Source of the DNA: Azolla caroliniana
Taxonomy: Eukaryota > Plantae > Polypodiophyta
Length of the DNA stretch: 64,000 nucleotides
Reading direction: 5' to 3'
Assembly (NCBI GenBank): GCA_043228905.1
Contig: JBHGNT010000003.1
Coordinates: 17,608,001 to 17,672,000 of the forward strand
Both the position numbers and the translations under genes were made by a program. The notes beneath the pieces are model-generated. The model was not told where the DNA came from and searched no databases. It saw only the letters and a list, made by a program, of their open reading frames with translations. This document shows positions 63,017 through 64,000 of this stretch, piece after piece; the first letter of the stretch is position 1; the number at the start of each line of letters is the position of its first letter.

Positions 63017-64000
63017 ACAACAAGGTAGTTCAATCTAGTTGAATGCTCTCCAAAGTCGAAGGTAGGTCAGACTTGATGGTAAGTCAGTGTCGAACGCTCT
63101 ACAGTGGTGAAGGTAGGTCACAATTGAAGCTCCTCAAAGTAGAAAATTTGTTAGAGTTGAAGGCTCCTAAGAGTCGAAGGTAGCGACGACCGGAATAGTG
63201 AATTATACATAAGATTAGGATTGAATCATGTAATTAATCCAAAGATTATGAAATTACAAATGGAGCTTACAATATTAAGTCCAAAATCGCTAGATTAAGA
63301 AAGAAATTCCCATTGTAAAATACGGATTACAAGTTTTTTGGGGGTTATTTATTACAACAATGGTAAATTTAAGAAAATAAATATGAATTGCAAACCCTAA
63401 ATTTCATGAAGAAGAAGAAAATTAAACCCTAACACAACAAGTATGTTCTGAAGAAGAGAAGAAGGATGAAGAAGAAAAGTATAATTAGAGAAGCATCTAT
63501 TCATGAATGAAGCTTCATGGGGGAATCCTCGAATTTCGGTGTAACCTCTCAATGATCGATGACCACGATGCCTCTTATTGATGTTGGTCTTACATGCCCT
63601 CTTGATTCGTTACCTTTGCTCCTCAATTCAATAGAGCTTCCACATCTCTCTCTTTCCTCTCCCCTCATTGTGTGCGTTCTCTTCACCCTTTTATAGGATG
63701 AAAGCGGCTCTCCCTTGAATTTAGTTAGTGGGTGTGTTTTTATTGTAGCGTGCATCCTACTTTCTTTCCCACTTACATGTTGTACATTTTCCTTTTGACG
63801 AGTGATGTTTTTTTATTTGTTGTATTCAACTATAACTCAAAATATGTATTTTTTTATCACATCTTCAATCTATCGTTCAACCTTTTTAATATTCCCATTT
63901 CAACTTATTTCCTCCTATGTGCTCCCCACACCACAACAACATAAAGAGAGTTTTCAAGAAATCTTTAGTAATGAAAGTAATTTTTTCTAGAGTTTAGATA

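Overview
Eukaryotic land-plant genomic DNA, most likely a fern or other non-seed plant (inferred from the retroelement types; not certain). Bases 1-33.5 kb are a block of nested, decayed LTR retrotransposons: two Ty1/Copia groups, several Ty3/Gypsy types and solo LTRs. Bases 33.5-43.7 kb are a gene island with two intact + strand genes. One is a 7-exon chloroplast 2-Cys peroxiredoxin (BAS1-type, 270 aa). The other is an ELM2/SANT-like, ARID1/2-related protein lacking the ARID domain (about 381 aa). Bases 43.8-64 kb are a second TE block: an L1-type LINE, a decayed Copia, a Tcn1-like chromovirus and a near-complete Copia carrying a hAT MITE in its 5' LTR. The most novel-looking signals lie in the retroelements. 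(1) A conserved inverted repeat encloses the PPT/U3 junction at all five 3' ends of one Copia group. (2) These elements carry a second, upstream PPT, and the interval between the two PPTs encodes an extra acidic/Arg-rich ORF in two copies. (3) Antisense tRNA-like A/B-box cassettes sit at the same offset in the 5' ends of two different LTRs; one of these LTRs and a third LTR also carry perfect heat-shock elements. (4) An LTR carries a tandem array of about 57-nt hairpins. Coordinates were counted by eye, and TE boundaries without TG..CA/TSD support are approximate.
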